A DNA stretch of 61,687 nt from an uncultured Sphaerobacteraceae bacterium (GTDB taxonomy: Bacteria > Chloroflexota > Chloroflexia > Thermomicrobiales > UBA6265): positions 81,906 to 143,592 of the forward strand of contig CAZSUN010000001.1 of assembly GCA_964610045.1 (NCBI GenBank), in the 5' to 3' direction. The notes under the pieces are model-generated. The model ran no database searches. It saw only the letters and a program-made list of their open reading frames with translations, and had not been told where the DNA came from. A program made the position numbers and the translations under genes. This document shows, one piece after another, positions 19,901-29,162 of this stretch; position 1 is the first letter of the stretch; every line of letters begins with the position of its first letter.

Positions 19901-20353
19901 TCAGGATTCCGTGGCGGCGACGGTGGTCGCCTGTTCGAGACACTTGAAGAACTGGCCGACAATCATTTTCGCCGCCGGCTGGATGACCCGGCTGCCGATG
20001 CGAGCGAGGGTGCCTCGCACCTGCGGATCGCCCGACCAGGTCACCCGGCTTCCTTCGCCATCGGGCTCGATGCTAATGACGCCCTCGCCGGAAACCTGGC
20101 CTTGCGGACCCTTGCCTTCGATCAGCATACGGAACGACGACGGTTCGACCTTGTCGCTGATCTTGACCCGCCCTTCGTACTTCCCCTTGATCATGGCGAC
20201 CCCGATGGTCATGGTCGCGGCATATTCGTCTTCGCCAATGACGTCCAGACGTTCGCAGCCTGGCAGACAGGCCATCAGGGTGTCGGGGTCCAGCATCAGG
20301 GCGTAGACGCGTTCGGGTGGGGCGGCAAACGTGTAGTCACCAGACAACTGCAT
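19901..20353 (-). CDS. coxG: SRPBCC-fold CoxG-like protein
   Basis: [34 protein letters not shown] is typical of the CoxG family. Strong GAGGAGGA RBS. Confidence 0.8.
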   Translation of the reverse strand: MQLSGDYTFAAPPERVYALMLDPDTLMACLPGCERLDVIGEDEYAATMTIGVAMIKGKYEGRVKISDKVEPSSFRMLIEGKGPQGQVSGEGVISIEPDGEGSRVTWSGDPQVRGTLARIGSRVIQPAAKMIVGQFFKCLEQATTVAATES

Positions 20354-20549
20354 GCGTGATTCATCCTCCTCTGCCAGAACTGTAGCCGAATGGCGGCAGG
20401 CTGCATAGGGCCAGGATGGGAATGGCCAACGCGCGAGTCTCTACCTCCGGCGAGACGGACCGGGTGGGGAAAACTGGTGGCGTTTGCGCGGCGTGCGGTC
20501 GATAATGCGCGGAAACCGGCCTGAAATGTTGCCTTGAAGGGAGCCCGGG

Positions 20550-21053
20550 ATGTCCAGCGAAGCCCATTTTGTCGCGGCGGTCTATGATTCCGAAGATGAT
20601 GCCAAGACCGTGCTCGACGGTCTCAACCGGATGCACCGGAGTGCGGCGATCAACCTGATGGACGCCGCGATCGTTTCCAGGGATGCATCCGGCAAGGTCC
20701 ATGTCAAGGAAACCGATGAGTTGACCACTGGTGAGGGCGCAGTGCGAGGTGCCGCCATTGCCGGCGTGTTCGGGCTGATCTATCCGCCGAGCCTGATCGT
20801 GTCGGCGGCAATCGGAGGCGGGATCGGTGCCCTGGTTGGGAAGTTGCGGGATACCGGCCTCCGCAACACTACCCTGGACAAGGTGGGGAACGACCTTGAG
20901 GAGGGCAAGGTTGCATTGGCGATCCTGGTCAAGGATGCCAGCCTGGCCGCGGTTCAGCAGACGATGGAAGGCGTGAGCGGCAAACTCACGGTGCAGCCGC
21001 TCAACGAGGAGGCCGTGAAGCACTTGTACCTCGGTGAAGACAAGGCGTCGTGA
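20550..21053 (+). CDS. DUF1269-like membrane protein
   Basis: Two soluble alpha/beta halves flank a Gly-rich hydrophobic segment (GAAIAGVFGLIYPPSLIVSAAIGGGIGALVG). AAGGGAG RBS. Confidence 0.65.
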   Translation: MSSEAHFVAAVYDSEDDAKTVLDGLNRMHRSAAINLMDAAIVSRDASGKVHVKETDELTTGEGAVRGAAIAGVFGLIYPPSLIVSAAIGGGIGALVGKLRDTGLRNTTLDKVGNDLEEGKVALAILVKDASLAAVQQTMEGVSGKLTVQPLNEEAVKHLYLGEDKAS

Positions 21054-21091
21054 TCGAGTAGCAGAGAAGGCGACGGTCGGCGAGCGGAGGT

Positions 21092-21135
21092 GGGGCCGGT
21101 TCCGGAGTGAATCGGCTCCCCTTCGTTTGCTTTCC
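21092..21135 (+). terminator. intrinsic terminator downstream of the DUF1269 gene
   Basis: GGGGCCG...CGGCTCCCC stem followed by the T-rich TTCGTTTGCTTTCC. Confidence 0.5.
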
Positions 21136-21894
21136 GGTGATGGTGCGGCGGGATAAGGGCAACGGTAGTGGAATCAGGACGGTGTGTTTTCACACCTGCA
21201 TGTATCCATTCGCTCCTGTTTGGCCCGGAATGACGTAGGATCCTAGATGCGGAATTGATGAGAATGTGTCCGGTAATCTGCATTCAATGGGGTGGTTGGC
21301 TGGCGCGGGGTGTGAGGCGGGCCGAGACAAGGTCGGTAGCCCTGCGAGGGGACGAGTTGGCCGGCATCCTTCGGCTAACCATCTCCCTGACACTCCCTTG
21401 GCCCCTTCTCGCCCCGTTTAGCTGGGGGTATGGTTTCCAGTGGCCCTCGACGACACCCTGGCTTCCTCCCGGAAGGGCCGATCGGCCCGAGCGTCAGCGA
21501 GGGTCTGTCGGGCACTACGAAGCACAGCTGACCGGCGACAATGCGCCATCCCTTCCCCTGTGAGTCCCCGGCACCTGGAGCGGAACCGTCCTGGACACGG
21601 AAGGTGGAACCGTGGGCTGCCCGACGAACGACCGACGATGGCGCAACCATAGGGATATTCGCTGTTGTTGCACCTGGATGCGAGATCCTCATCGATCCAT
21701 ACAGGAAAGTCTGGGGCCGACTCACGCGATTGGAGGCGCCGCGCGAGCCGGGTTCCCGTGTGAGGGGCTACATGAAATCCGGGTAAACCGTGATGATTCT
21801 GGTTTTCGCGCGGTGACGCCTCTCCCGCGAACATTCGCGGGCGGAGCAAGCTCCGCAGCCCTACCGAGGACCGAGAGACCATCCGAACCCGATG
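21136..21894. ncRNA. candidate large structured noncoding RNA, class unknown (strand undetermined)
   Basis: Largest gap in the window, lying between two convergent 3' ends. No protein-like ORF in six frames. Multiple nested helices are described in the findings. Confidence 0.3.
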
Positions 21895-22791
21895 TTATCC
21901 CTTGATACCGGACATGCGGACGCCCTGGACAATGAGGCGTTGCAGCAGGAGGAAGACGACAATCAACGGCGCCGCGCCGATGGCTGCGCCAGCGAACAGC
22001 CGCGTGAGGTCAATGGTTTGGGCAGTGAGATAGCTGCTGAGCACGACCTGGACGGTTCGGGTCTCGGGTGACTGTCCAACGATGACCGGCCAAAGGAAGG
22101 CATTCCAGCTCGCGATGAAGCTCAGGACGCCGAGGGCTGCCATGATTCCGATCGAGTTGGGAAGCAGGAGCTTCCAGTAGACGCCGAAGTAGCTGTTGCC
22201 GTCGAGGCGGCCGGCTTCCTCGATTTCTGTCGGGAAATCGAGATAGAACTGCCGGAAAAGAAAGGTTGCGAATGCGCTGAACAAACCGGGGACGACGATA
22301 CCCCAGAGGGTGTTGATGCCGCCGAGCCAGGAGACGACCACGTACGTTGGCACGAACGTCACCGCGCTCGGGATCATGAGCGTCATCAGGATGATGAAGA
22401 ACACGATGTCCCGGCCACGGAATGGAACGCGTGCGAGGGCGTAGCCGGCCATCGAGGCGAACAGCGTCTGGAAGACAAGATTGACGATAGCGAGGAAGGC
22501 GGAGACACGCAGTCCGGTGGCCATCGATATCGACTTGTCTTCGAAGACACGCTTGTAGTTACCCCATTGAGGATCGGCGGGCCACCAGGTCCACTCATTC
22601 ATGTTGGTGATTTCCGGCTGCGTCATGAGCGAGTTGCGGATGATCATGTAGAACGGCAGCAGGAAGATCAGGGCGAGAACGATCAGAAGGCCGTAGCGGA
22701 GGACTGTCATGACGACGGAGAGCGCAAGGCCGCTGGACGCCTTTGGATGCTTGATCTCTCCCCATTGCTCGCGTGACGTGGCCTGGCTCAT
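21895..22791 (-). CDS. carbohydrate ABC transporter permease (MalG-like)
   Basis: Six-TM BPD_transp_1 pattern with an EAA-like loop (IEEAGRLDGNSYFGVYWKLLLP). Overlaps the upstream permease by 4 nt. Confidence 0.9.
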   Translation of the reverse strand: MSQATSREQWGEIKHPKASSGLALSVVMTVLRYGLLIVLALIFLLPFYMIIRNSLMTQPEITNMNEWTWWPADPQWGNYKRVFEDKSISMATGLRVSAFLAIVNLVFQTLFASMAGYALARVPFRGRDIVFFIILMTLMIPSAVTFVPTYVVVSWLGGINTLWGIVVPGLFSAFATFLFRQFYLDFPTEIEEAGRLDGNSYFGVYWKLLLPNSIGIMAALGVLSFIASWNAFLWPVIVGQSPETRTVQVVLSSYLTAQTIDLTRLFAGAAIGAAPLIVVFLLLQRLIVQGVRMSGIKG

Positions 22792-23759
22792 GCTCGCCTC
22801 CCGAACCCGAAGAGCTTGCCCTGGATGATGGTGACGGCAATGATGATCGCTGTCAGGATCAGCGCGCCGGCCGAACCCCGTCCGTAGTCCTGTTGCTGGA
22901 TGGCGACCTGGTAGAGATAGACGAGCGGTGGCCGGGCCAGGCTGATGTTCCCGACCGATCCAACTCCACCAAGGATGTTCATGAATTCGTCAAAGGCCTG
23001 GAAGGCGGCGATGAGGTTGAGCATGAGCACGGCAATCGAGGTATTGCGCAGGAGCGGGAAGGTGATGGTCCAGAACGTGTTCCAGCCGAGCTTCGCGCCG
23101 TCAACCTGGGCTGCCTCATAGAGGGTATGGTCTATTTCCTGAAGCGCCGCAATGAAAAGGATCATGTAGAAGCCAACCTGGAGCCAGAGTCGACAGGTGA
23201 CCAGCACGAGCCAGTAGTACGGCGGGTTCGTTTCGCCGATCCAGGCCACCACCGGCGCGTTATGGTCGAACCAGTACCAGACCATGTTGGCGAAGCCGTA
23301 GGCTCCGCCATTGAAGATGCCCATCTTCCAGATGATCGAGGCAATGACGTAGGAAATCGCGGTTGGGATGAAGAAGATCGTTCGGAAGATTGGGGTGCCG
23401 AAACCCGCCGAATTGACGAGCATGGCCAGCAGGAGCGAAAAGAAGAATGTGAGGGGGACGATAAAGACAGAGAAGACCAGGATGGTGCGAAGGGAGCGCC
23501 GGAATTCCTGGTTCTGGATCATCGCGACATAATTGTCGAAGCCTACCCAGTCCCCGATGCTGACCGTGTTGCGAGCCTCCGAAAAGCTGATCAGCGTGCC
23601 CCACACGATCGGGATGAACGTGAAGATCGTGAGTCCGATCAGCATCGGCGCCACGAAGACCATAAAGGCGATCGTCGATTCGGACTTCGTTTTCCGGTAC
23701 CAGGGCACCTTGACGGTATGGACGTTGCCGATTGATGTGCTGGCGAGTGGGGCGCTCAT
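22788..23759 (-). CDS. carbohydrate ABC transporter permease (MalF-like)
   Basis: Multi-TM protein with an EAA loop (YEAAQVDGAKLGWNTFWTITFPLL). Confidence 0.9.
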   Translation of the reverse strand: MSAPLASTSIGNVHTVKVPWYRKTKSESTIAFMVFVAPMLIGLTIFTFIPIVWGTLISFSEARNTVSIGDWVGFDNYVAMIQNQEFRRSLRTILVFSVFIVPLTFFFSLLLAMLVNSAGFGTPIFRTIFFIPTAISYVIASIIWKMGIFNGGAYGFANMVWYWFDHNAPVVAWIGETNPPYYWLVLVTCRLWLQVGFYMILFIAALQEIDHTLYEAAQVDGAKLGWNTFWTITFPLLRNTSIAVLMLNLIAAFQAFDEFMNILGGVGSVGNISLARPPLVYLYQVAIQQQDYGRGSAGALILTAIIIAVTIIQGKLFGFGRRA

Positions 23760-23849
23760 CGCGTAACTCCGGTGCGCAGATCGGAGGCAGGTGGCTGGGA
23801 AATGGGTGAGGGGAGCGCCGGTGCGCTCCCCTCATTGACCAGGCCGGGA

Positions 23850-25142
23850 TCAGCTGCCGAGCAACCGGTCGAGTTCTCCCTGAACGGTCGTCTCCAGCGC
23901 GGCCAGTTCGGACGCAGCGTCCGCGCCGTCGCGCACGACGCGCGTCAGCGCATCCGTGTAGGCGCTGCCCATTGAGCCAATCCAGAACGGGTTGTTGCCG
24001 ACGCCATAATCGTAGAGATTCTGGACCAGGTCGGCCGCAGCCCCAACCTGGAGCTTCTCGGCTGTCGCAGCGGCGCTCTGACGAGGTGGAACGTGGAAGC
24101 CGTAGCCGACATTCCAGTCGGTCTGGATCTCGGTATTCTCGATCCAGAGGAACGAGACCAACTTCTTTGCTTCTTCGATATGGGCGCTCTTGCCATTGAC
24201 GCAAGAGCCCCAACCGCCCCAGAAGGTGGACGACGTGCCTTCAGCATCGGACGGAGGCCAGGCGAACACGCCGACATCGTCACCGAGGGCCTCGTTGATT
24301 GCCGGGAACGCCCAGAGGCCGGTCCACTGCATGGCGGTCGCACCCTGAATGAAGGCGGACGGATCCCAGTAGTCCGTCGTAGACCCCATCAGGAGCGAGC
24401 CGGAGTCGTTGAGTTCCTTGAGCTTGCCCCACGATGCGGCGACTCGCTCGGTGTTGAAGCCCGGCTTGTTGTCGGCGGTGAGGAAATCGGCACCGGCTGA
24501 CCAGAGAAGCGGTCCACCGAGCGCGCCGATGCCACCATCATTGCCGACGAAGAGGCCCTTCTGGCGACCGGTATCGAGCGCCGTGGAGGCAGCGATCAGC
24601 TCGTCGATGTTTGTCGGAACGGCGAGTCCCGCACCTTCGAGCAGGCTCTTCCGGTAGTAGACACCACCGGTATCGGTCAGCATTTTGACCCAGAAGATGC
24701 TGCCATTGATGGTGGCCGGGAGCAGGTTCTGGTCGCCAAAGTCGGCCTTGAGCTCATCGGTATAGAGGTCATCGAGTGGCGCGACCTGATTTTGGTTCAC
24801 CTGGTCGAGGGTGACGCCATTCTGCTCGAAGACATCCGGACCATCATCAGTGAGAAGGGCAGCCGAGAGGGTGGCGCCGTAGTCACCGAGCTGCCAGACC
24901 ACTTCGACCTCGATGCCGGGGTTGGCTTCGGTGAACTGGGCGGCATAGCGCATGACGGCGTCCTGCGTGCCTTCCTCGCCGTACTGGTGATACCACTGCG
25001 TCAGGCGGATGGTGTCCTGGGCGAGCGCGCCTGGCGCCCGGCCATACCCGGCAAACGCGATGGCGCCACCGGCAAAGAGCATGCTCCTGACAAGGTCACG
25101 ACGATTGACCCCGGAGATAGAGACCCGTTGATGCGACGACAT
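23850..25142 (-). CDS. sugar ABC transporter substrate-binding protein (family 1) with Tat-type signal
   Basis: MSSHQRVSISGVNRRDLVRSMLFAGGAIAFAG signal, then an SBP_bac_1-like body. ATG at 25142 with a GGAAAGG RBS; the track ORF to 25352 is over-extended. Confidence 0.85.
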   Translation of the reverse strand: MSSHQRVSISGVNRRDLVRSMLFAGGAIAFAGYGRAPGALAQDTIRLTQWYHQYGEEGTQDAVMRYAAQFTEANPGIEVEVVWQLGDYGATLSAALLTDDGPDVFEQNGVTLDQVNQNQVAPLDDLYTDELKADFGDQNLLPATINGSIFWVKMLTDTGGVYYRKSLLEGAGLAVPTNIDELIAASTALDTGRQKGLFVGNDGGIGALGGPLLWSAGADFLTADNKPGFNTERVAASWGKLKELNDSGSLLMGSTTDYWDPSAFIQGATAMQWTGLWAFPAINEALGDDVGVFAWPPSDAEGTSSTFWGGWGSCVNGKSAHIEEAKKLVSFLWIENTEIQTDWNVGYGFHVPPRQSAAATAEKLQVGAAADLVQNLYDYGVGNNPFWIGSMGSAYTDALTRVVRDGADAASELAALETTVQGELDRLLGS

Positions 25143-25469
25143 GTCACGGACCTTTCCAGTTACCTTGCGGTAACCGTACGCATTGGGACAGGTGCAATGA
25201 TTGCGGCGTGATTGTACGATGTTCTGTGCAATCTGCAAGTTACGTGGCACGAACGCACAAGAAGGCAGATACGAACCTGATGGTTTCGCGCCGTCCGAAC
25301 TCCGTATACTGCGCACATCGGCCAGCCATGCCGGTTCCGCGGACATGGTCATCCGGTCGCCTCAACCTCTCGGTGGGTCCCAGTAGTTGCCGGCACAGAC
25401 CGGCGACGGTGTGTCAATTGTTTCATTCAGTGCGGCCGCCATGGCTGGTACTGCAAGGAGTATTGGTTC

Positions 25470-27095
25470 ATGCGTCCCGAATCACGGAACACAACGCTGG
25501 CTTCGCTGCTCGCCGACGTGGCGAGCGGCAAACTGACGCGGCGGCAGGCAGTCCAGGTTGCCCTGGCGACCGGCGTGGCCCTGCCAGGCATGGGCGCGGC
25601 AATGGGATCGGCACTGGCGCAGGATTCGACCCCGGCTGCCGAAGGCAAGCCGGGCGGAACGCTGCGGGTGGCGTTGCAGGCTGATCCGGCCGAACTCGAT
25701 CCGCACCTGACATCGCTGACCGCCGCCTGGCACGTACTGGAGCATATCTACGAGGGACTCGTTGCCCCGGATGCGAGCCTGGCTCCGATTCCAGTCCTCG
25801 CGGAGTCGTGGACGATCTCCGACGACGGCCTGACGTATACCTTCGCGATCCGGCAGGGTGTGAAGTTCCACAATGGCCGGGAAATGACTGCAGATGATGC
25901 GGTCTTCACCTTCACCCGGATCATGGACCCGGCGACCGCCTCTCCATATTCGTCGGACTTCACCGGCGTGACCTCGGTTGAGGCGCCGGATGCTGCGACC
26001 CTGGTCATCACCCTGAGCGCCGCCGACGCCTCCTTCCTGGCGAAGCTGATGGGGACATCGATCTCGATCGTGGCCCAGGAAGAGATCGAGGCCAACGGCG
26101 GCGACCTGATGCTGACCGCGGCCGGCGCGGGGACCGGGCCGTTCAAATTTGTGGAGTACATCCCGAACACGAGCATGTCCGTCGAGCGAAACGCCGACTA
26201 CTGGGATGCGCCGCTTCCCTTCCTCGATGGGATCGAGTTCACCGTCACCTCCGAGCCGACCTCCCGCCGCACCGCCCTCATTCAGGGTTCGGCTGACTTC
26301 ATCGAATACGCCCCGTTCCAGGACATGGCGATCTTCGAGGAAGACGAATCGATCCAGGTGTTCGGGAACCAGAACACGAACATCCGCTACATGGGCGTGA
26401 ACGTCCTGCGCGAACCGTTCGACAAGCCGGAGGTGCGGCAGGCGATCGCGATGGTGATCGACCGCGCGCCGATCATCGAGGCGGCCATGTTCGGCGCCGC
26501 CACGCCGACGGAGACGATCTTCCCTGCCTCGTTCTGGGCCGGAATGGAGCACGAGATCGCGGCACCCGACATCGAGGGCGCGAAGGCGCTGCTGGAGTCG
26601 GTCGGACTCGGCGATGGGTTCAGCTGCAAGATCCACTCCTGGGCGCAGTATTCGTTCCTGAACAACGCGGCGATTGTGATCATCGAGCAGCTCAAGCAGA
26701 TCGGGATCGAGGCGGAAACCGACTTCCAGGAGAACACGATCTACCTGGAGAACTACTTCGCCGGGAACTTCGATCTTTCGGTGACGGGCACGAGCGCCTA
26801 CGTCGACCCGAATGATGTGATCGAGAGCAACTTCCACACGAACCGGACGAACCTCGCGACCGGGTACAGCAACCCCGATGTCGATGCGTTGATCGAGCAA
26901 GGCATCGCGACCACCGACCAGGCGGCGCGGGCCGAGATCTACGTGCAGATCCAGGAGCAGTTGCTGGTGGATCTGCCGTGGATCAACCTCTTCATCGCCG
27001 ACCAGTACGAGGCCGCGAAGACCTTCGTGATGGGGTACGAACACCTCGCGACCGGGTCGAACCGGTCGTTCCGCCAGGTCTGGCTCGACCAGTAG
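25470..27095 (+). CDS. ABC transporter substrate-binding protein, family 5 (peptide/nickel type), copy 1
   Basis: Tat-like signal (LTRRQAVQVALATGVALPG) and GGTLRVALQADPAELDP, typical of SBP_bac_5. Confidence 0.9.
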   Translation: MRPESRNTTLASLLADVASGKLTRRQAVQVALATGVALPGMGAAMGSALAQDSTPAAEGKPGGTLRVALQADPAELDPHLTSLTAAWHVLEHIYEGLVAPDASLAPIPVLAESWTISDDGLTYTFAIRQGVKFHNGREMTADDAVFTFTRIMDPATASPYSSDFTGVTSVEAPDAATLVITLSAADASFLAKLMGTSISIVAQEEIEANGGDLMLTAAGAGTGPFKFVEYIPNTSMSVERNADYWDAPLPFLDGIEFTVTSEPTSRRTALIQGSADFIEYAPFQDMAIFEEDESIQVFGNQNTNIRYMGVNVLREPFDKPEVRQAIAMVIDRAPIIEAAMFGAATPTETIFPASFWAGMEHEIAAPDIEGAKALLESVGLGDGFSCKIHSWAQYSFLNNAAIVIIEQLKQIGIEAETDFQENTIYLENYFAGNFDLSVTGTSAYVDPNDVIESNFHTNRTNLATGYSNPDVDALIEQGIATTDQAARAEIYVQIQEQLLVDLPWINLFIADQYEAAKTFVMGYEHLATGSNRSFRQVWLDQ

Positions 27096-27151
27096 GACCA
27101 TCATCCTGCCCGCCCGGCTGATCTGGCAGGAGGCGGGCAGCGATAGAATCC

Positions 27152-27190
27152 GAGGCACGAACCGGTCCGCCTGGTTCGTGCCTCGTTTTC
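27152..27190 (+). terminator. intrinsic terminator after SBP copy 1
   Basis: Perfect 12-bp stem GAGGCACGAACC/GGTTCGTGCCTC with a 9-nt loop, then GTTTTC. Preceded by a second 9-bp stem, CTGCCCGCC/GGCGGGCAG, at about 27106-27140. Confidence 0.7.
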
Positions 27191-27221
27191 ATGGGTTCAG
27201 TGGTCACCAGGAGTTCAGGTC

Positions 27222-28772
27222 ATGGGTCACGAGTTCACGTTCTCACGTCGTCAGGCGGTCGTTGCCGGCACCGCGCTGGCCGGTCTGGCTGGATCTGTCG
27301 ACTCGCTCGCTCAGGCTACGCCCGAACCGCAGCCGGGCGGCACGCTGCGGATTGGGGTCCAGGGCGATCCGACGAATCTCGACCCGCACCTGACAGTACT
27401 GGCTGCCGCCGGGGTGATCGTGCCCTTTGCCTACGAAGGCCTGGTCACCGTCGATTCCGGGCTGAATCCGATACCGTCACTGGCAGAATCGTGGACCGTG
27501 TCCGACGACCTGCTGACCTACACCTTTGCACTCAAGACCGGGGCGGCATTTCACAACGGCCGGGCCTTCGTTGCGAATGATGTGGTGTACAGCTTCAATC
27601 GCGTCCTCGATCCGGACGTGGCCTCGCCATCGGCGTCGTACGCGTCGGGGATCGCGGAGATGACTGCGCCGAACGATGCGACGGTCGTCATCACGCTGGC
27701 GGCGCCGGACGCCTCGTTCCTGACGAAGCTGGCGTGGTGGGGGATGTCGATCGTTCCCCATGAAGCGGTCGATGAGCACGGCGACCTGGCGTTGACAATG
27801 GTTGGCACCGGACCGTTCGTGTTCGACGAGTACATCCCCAACACGAGTCTGACATTCAGCAGGAATGCGGCGTACTGGGACGCGCCGAAGCCGTACGTCG
27901 AAACGCTGGAAGTCCTGATTGCGTCCGATGACACGGCGAGGACTGCAGCGCTGATCTCCGATACCGTCGACATCATCGAACAGGTGCCGCACCGCGACAT
28001 CGGTGCGCTCCAGGCGAACAATGCGGTGAACCTGGCTGGATCGAGCGCAACGAACCTGCGGTGGATCGTGTTCAACCTGCGGCGTTCGCCCTTCGACATG
28101 CTGGACGTTCGGCGGGCGATCGCGGCGGCGCTCGAACGCCAGCAGATCATCGACTCATCGGTGTTTGGCTATGGCGAGCCGCTGGTTGGACTGTACCCGC
28201 CATCGTACTGGGCAGGATACCAGGGAGACGTGCCGGAACAGGATCTCGATGGGGCGAAGGCGCTGATGGCGTCCGTCACCGTACCGGAAGGGTTCCGGCC
28301 GGGTTTGCTGACCTGGGCAGAGTACGACTTCCTCTCGAACGCCTCGGTGGTCGTGCAGGAGCAGTTGCGGCAGGTTGGGATCGAAGCGGAGATCGAGCCC
28401 GAGGAAAACGCCACCTACATAAACCGGTTTTTTTCGGGCGATTTCGACATCGCGGTGATGGGCGCTTCAGGGTACATGGATCCGAACGAGTGGCTGGAAC
28501 AGAGCCTGAAGACCGACGGCCCGAACAACGCGGCCGGGTTCAGCGACGCCGAACTCGATTCCCTGATCGAACAGGGACTGCGGGAACACGATCGCGAGGC
28601 AAGGGCGGAGATCTACCAGCAGGCGCAGCAACTCGTGATCGACCAGGCGCCGTGGGTCAGCCTGTTCACGTCAGACACGTATGAGGGATTGCAGCCGAGG
28701 GTGCAGGGGTTCGTTCATTACCTCAATGGCAGCATGCAATCGGCGCGTGATGTCTGGCTGGACGAGGGGTAG
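27222..28772 (+). CDS. ABC transporter substrate-binding protein, family 5, copy 2 (paralog of copy 1)
   Basis: FSRRQAVVAGTALAGLAG signal. GGTLRIGVQGDPTNLDPHLT is collinear with copy 1 throughout. Confidence 0.9.
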   Translation: MGHEFTFSRRQAVVAGTALAGLAGSVDSLAQATPEPQPGGTLRIGVQGDPTNLDPHLTVLAAAGVIVPFAYEGLVTVDSGLNPIPSLAESWTVSDDLLTYTFALKTGAAFHNGRAFVANDVVYSFNRVLDPDVASPSASYASGIAEMTAPNDATVVITLAAPDASFLTKLAWWGMSIVPHEAVDEHGDLALTMVGTGPFVFDEYIPNTSLTFSRNAAYWDAPKPYVETLEVLIASDDTARTAALISDTVDIIEQVPHRDIGALQANNAVNLAGSSATNLRWIVFNLRRSPFDMLDVRRAIAAALERQQIIDSSVFGYGEPLVGLYPPSYWAGYQGDVPEQDLDGAKALMASVTVPEGFRPGLLTWAEYDFLSNASVVVQEQLRQVGIEAEIEPEENATYINRFFSGDFDIAVMGASGYMDPNEWLEQSLKTDGPNNAAGFSDAELDSLIEQGLREHDREARAEIYQQAQQLVIDQAPWVSLFTSDTYEGLQPRVQGFVHYLNGSMQSARDVWLDEG

Positions 28773-29162
28773 GCTCGCCAACTGGCGACCGGCATCGCGA
28801 ACGATCCCCTGAGTCCAGTGCCGGGATGGAGTCGGCCCCGACAAACGACCGAAGGTGGTGAGGTCGCAGCCAAATGGCGTAATTGGCAGCGGATCGCCCG
28901 GAGGTGGGATGTGAGCTTTCCTCCCAGACTGTTTGGGGTCGCAGACCCCGCCTCGTCATCTCGAGTTTATCGAGACACCCGTCGGAGAATCTGGTCCGAC
29001 GAAGTCGGACGCCATGTCGATCAGGTTTGGCATCGACCTACGGTCGATCGCGCTTCGCGCAGGGATGTCTCGACACAAGCCCTCGGCTGGCGCCTCGGAC
29101 TCGGCTCGACATGACGGTTGGATGGGGTATCACTGTACGGTCCGGTAGATAGGAGTGGGGGA

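Noticed and set aside
20361-21023. 220-aa ORF on the - strand
   Set aside because: Antisense to the DUF1269 gene, which has an RBS, a coherent domain layout and a terminator.
21438-21444. CAGTGGC, which is a B12-box-like GCCACTG on the minus strand
   Set aside because: The surrounding sequence does not fit the cobalamin riboswitch core, and no downstream gene lies in that orientation to be regulated.
21704-21716. GGAAAGTCTGGGG, resembling the RNase P RNA CR-I/P4 motif GGAAAGTCCGGGC
   Set aside because: The flanks lack the other universally conserved RNase P blocks (the GGTAAGAGC-type region and ACAGAAnCCGGCTTA). Only about 180 nt remain downstream, and the apparent P4 partner needs mostly wobble pairs.
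25482-27158. 558-aa ORF on the - strand
   Set aside because: Mirror frame of SBP copy 1. The sequence is low-complexity and rich in Arg, Gly, Asp and His, with no family resemblance.
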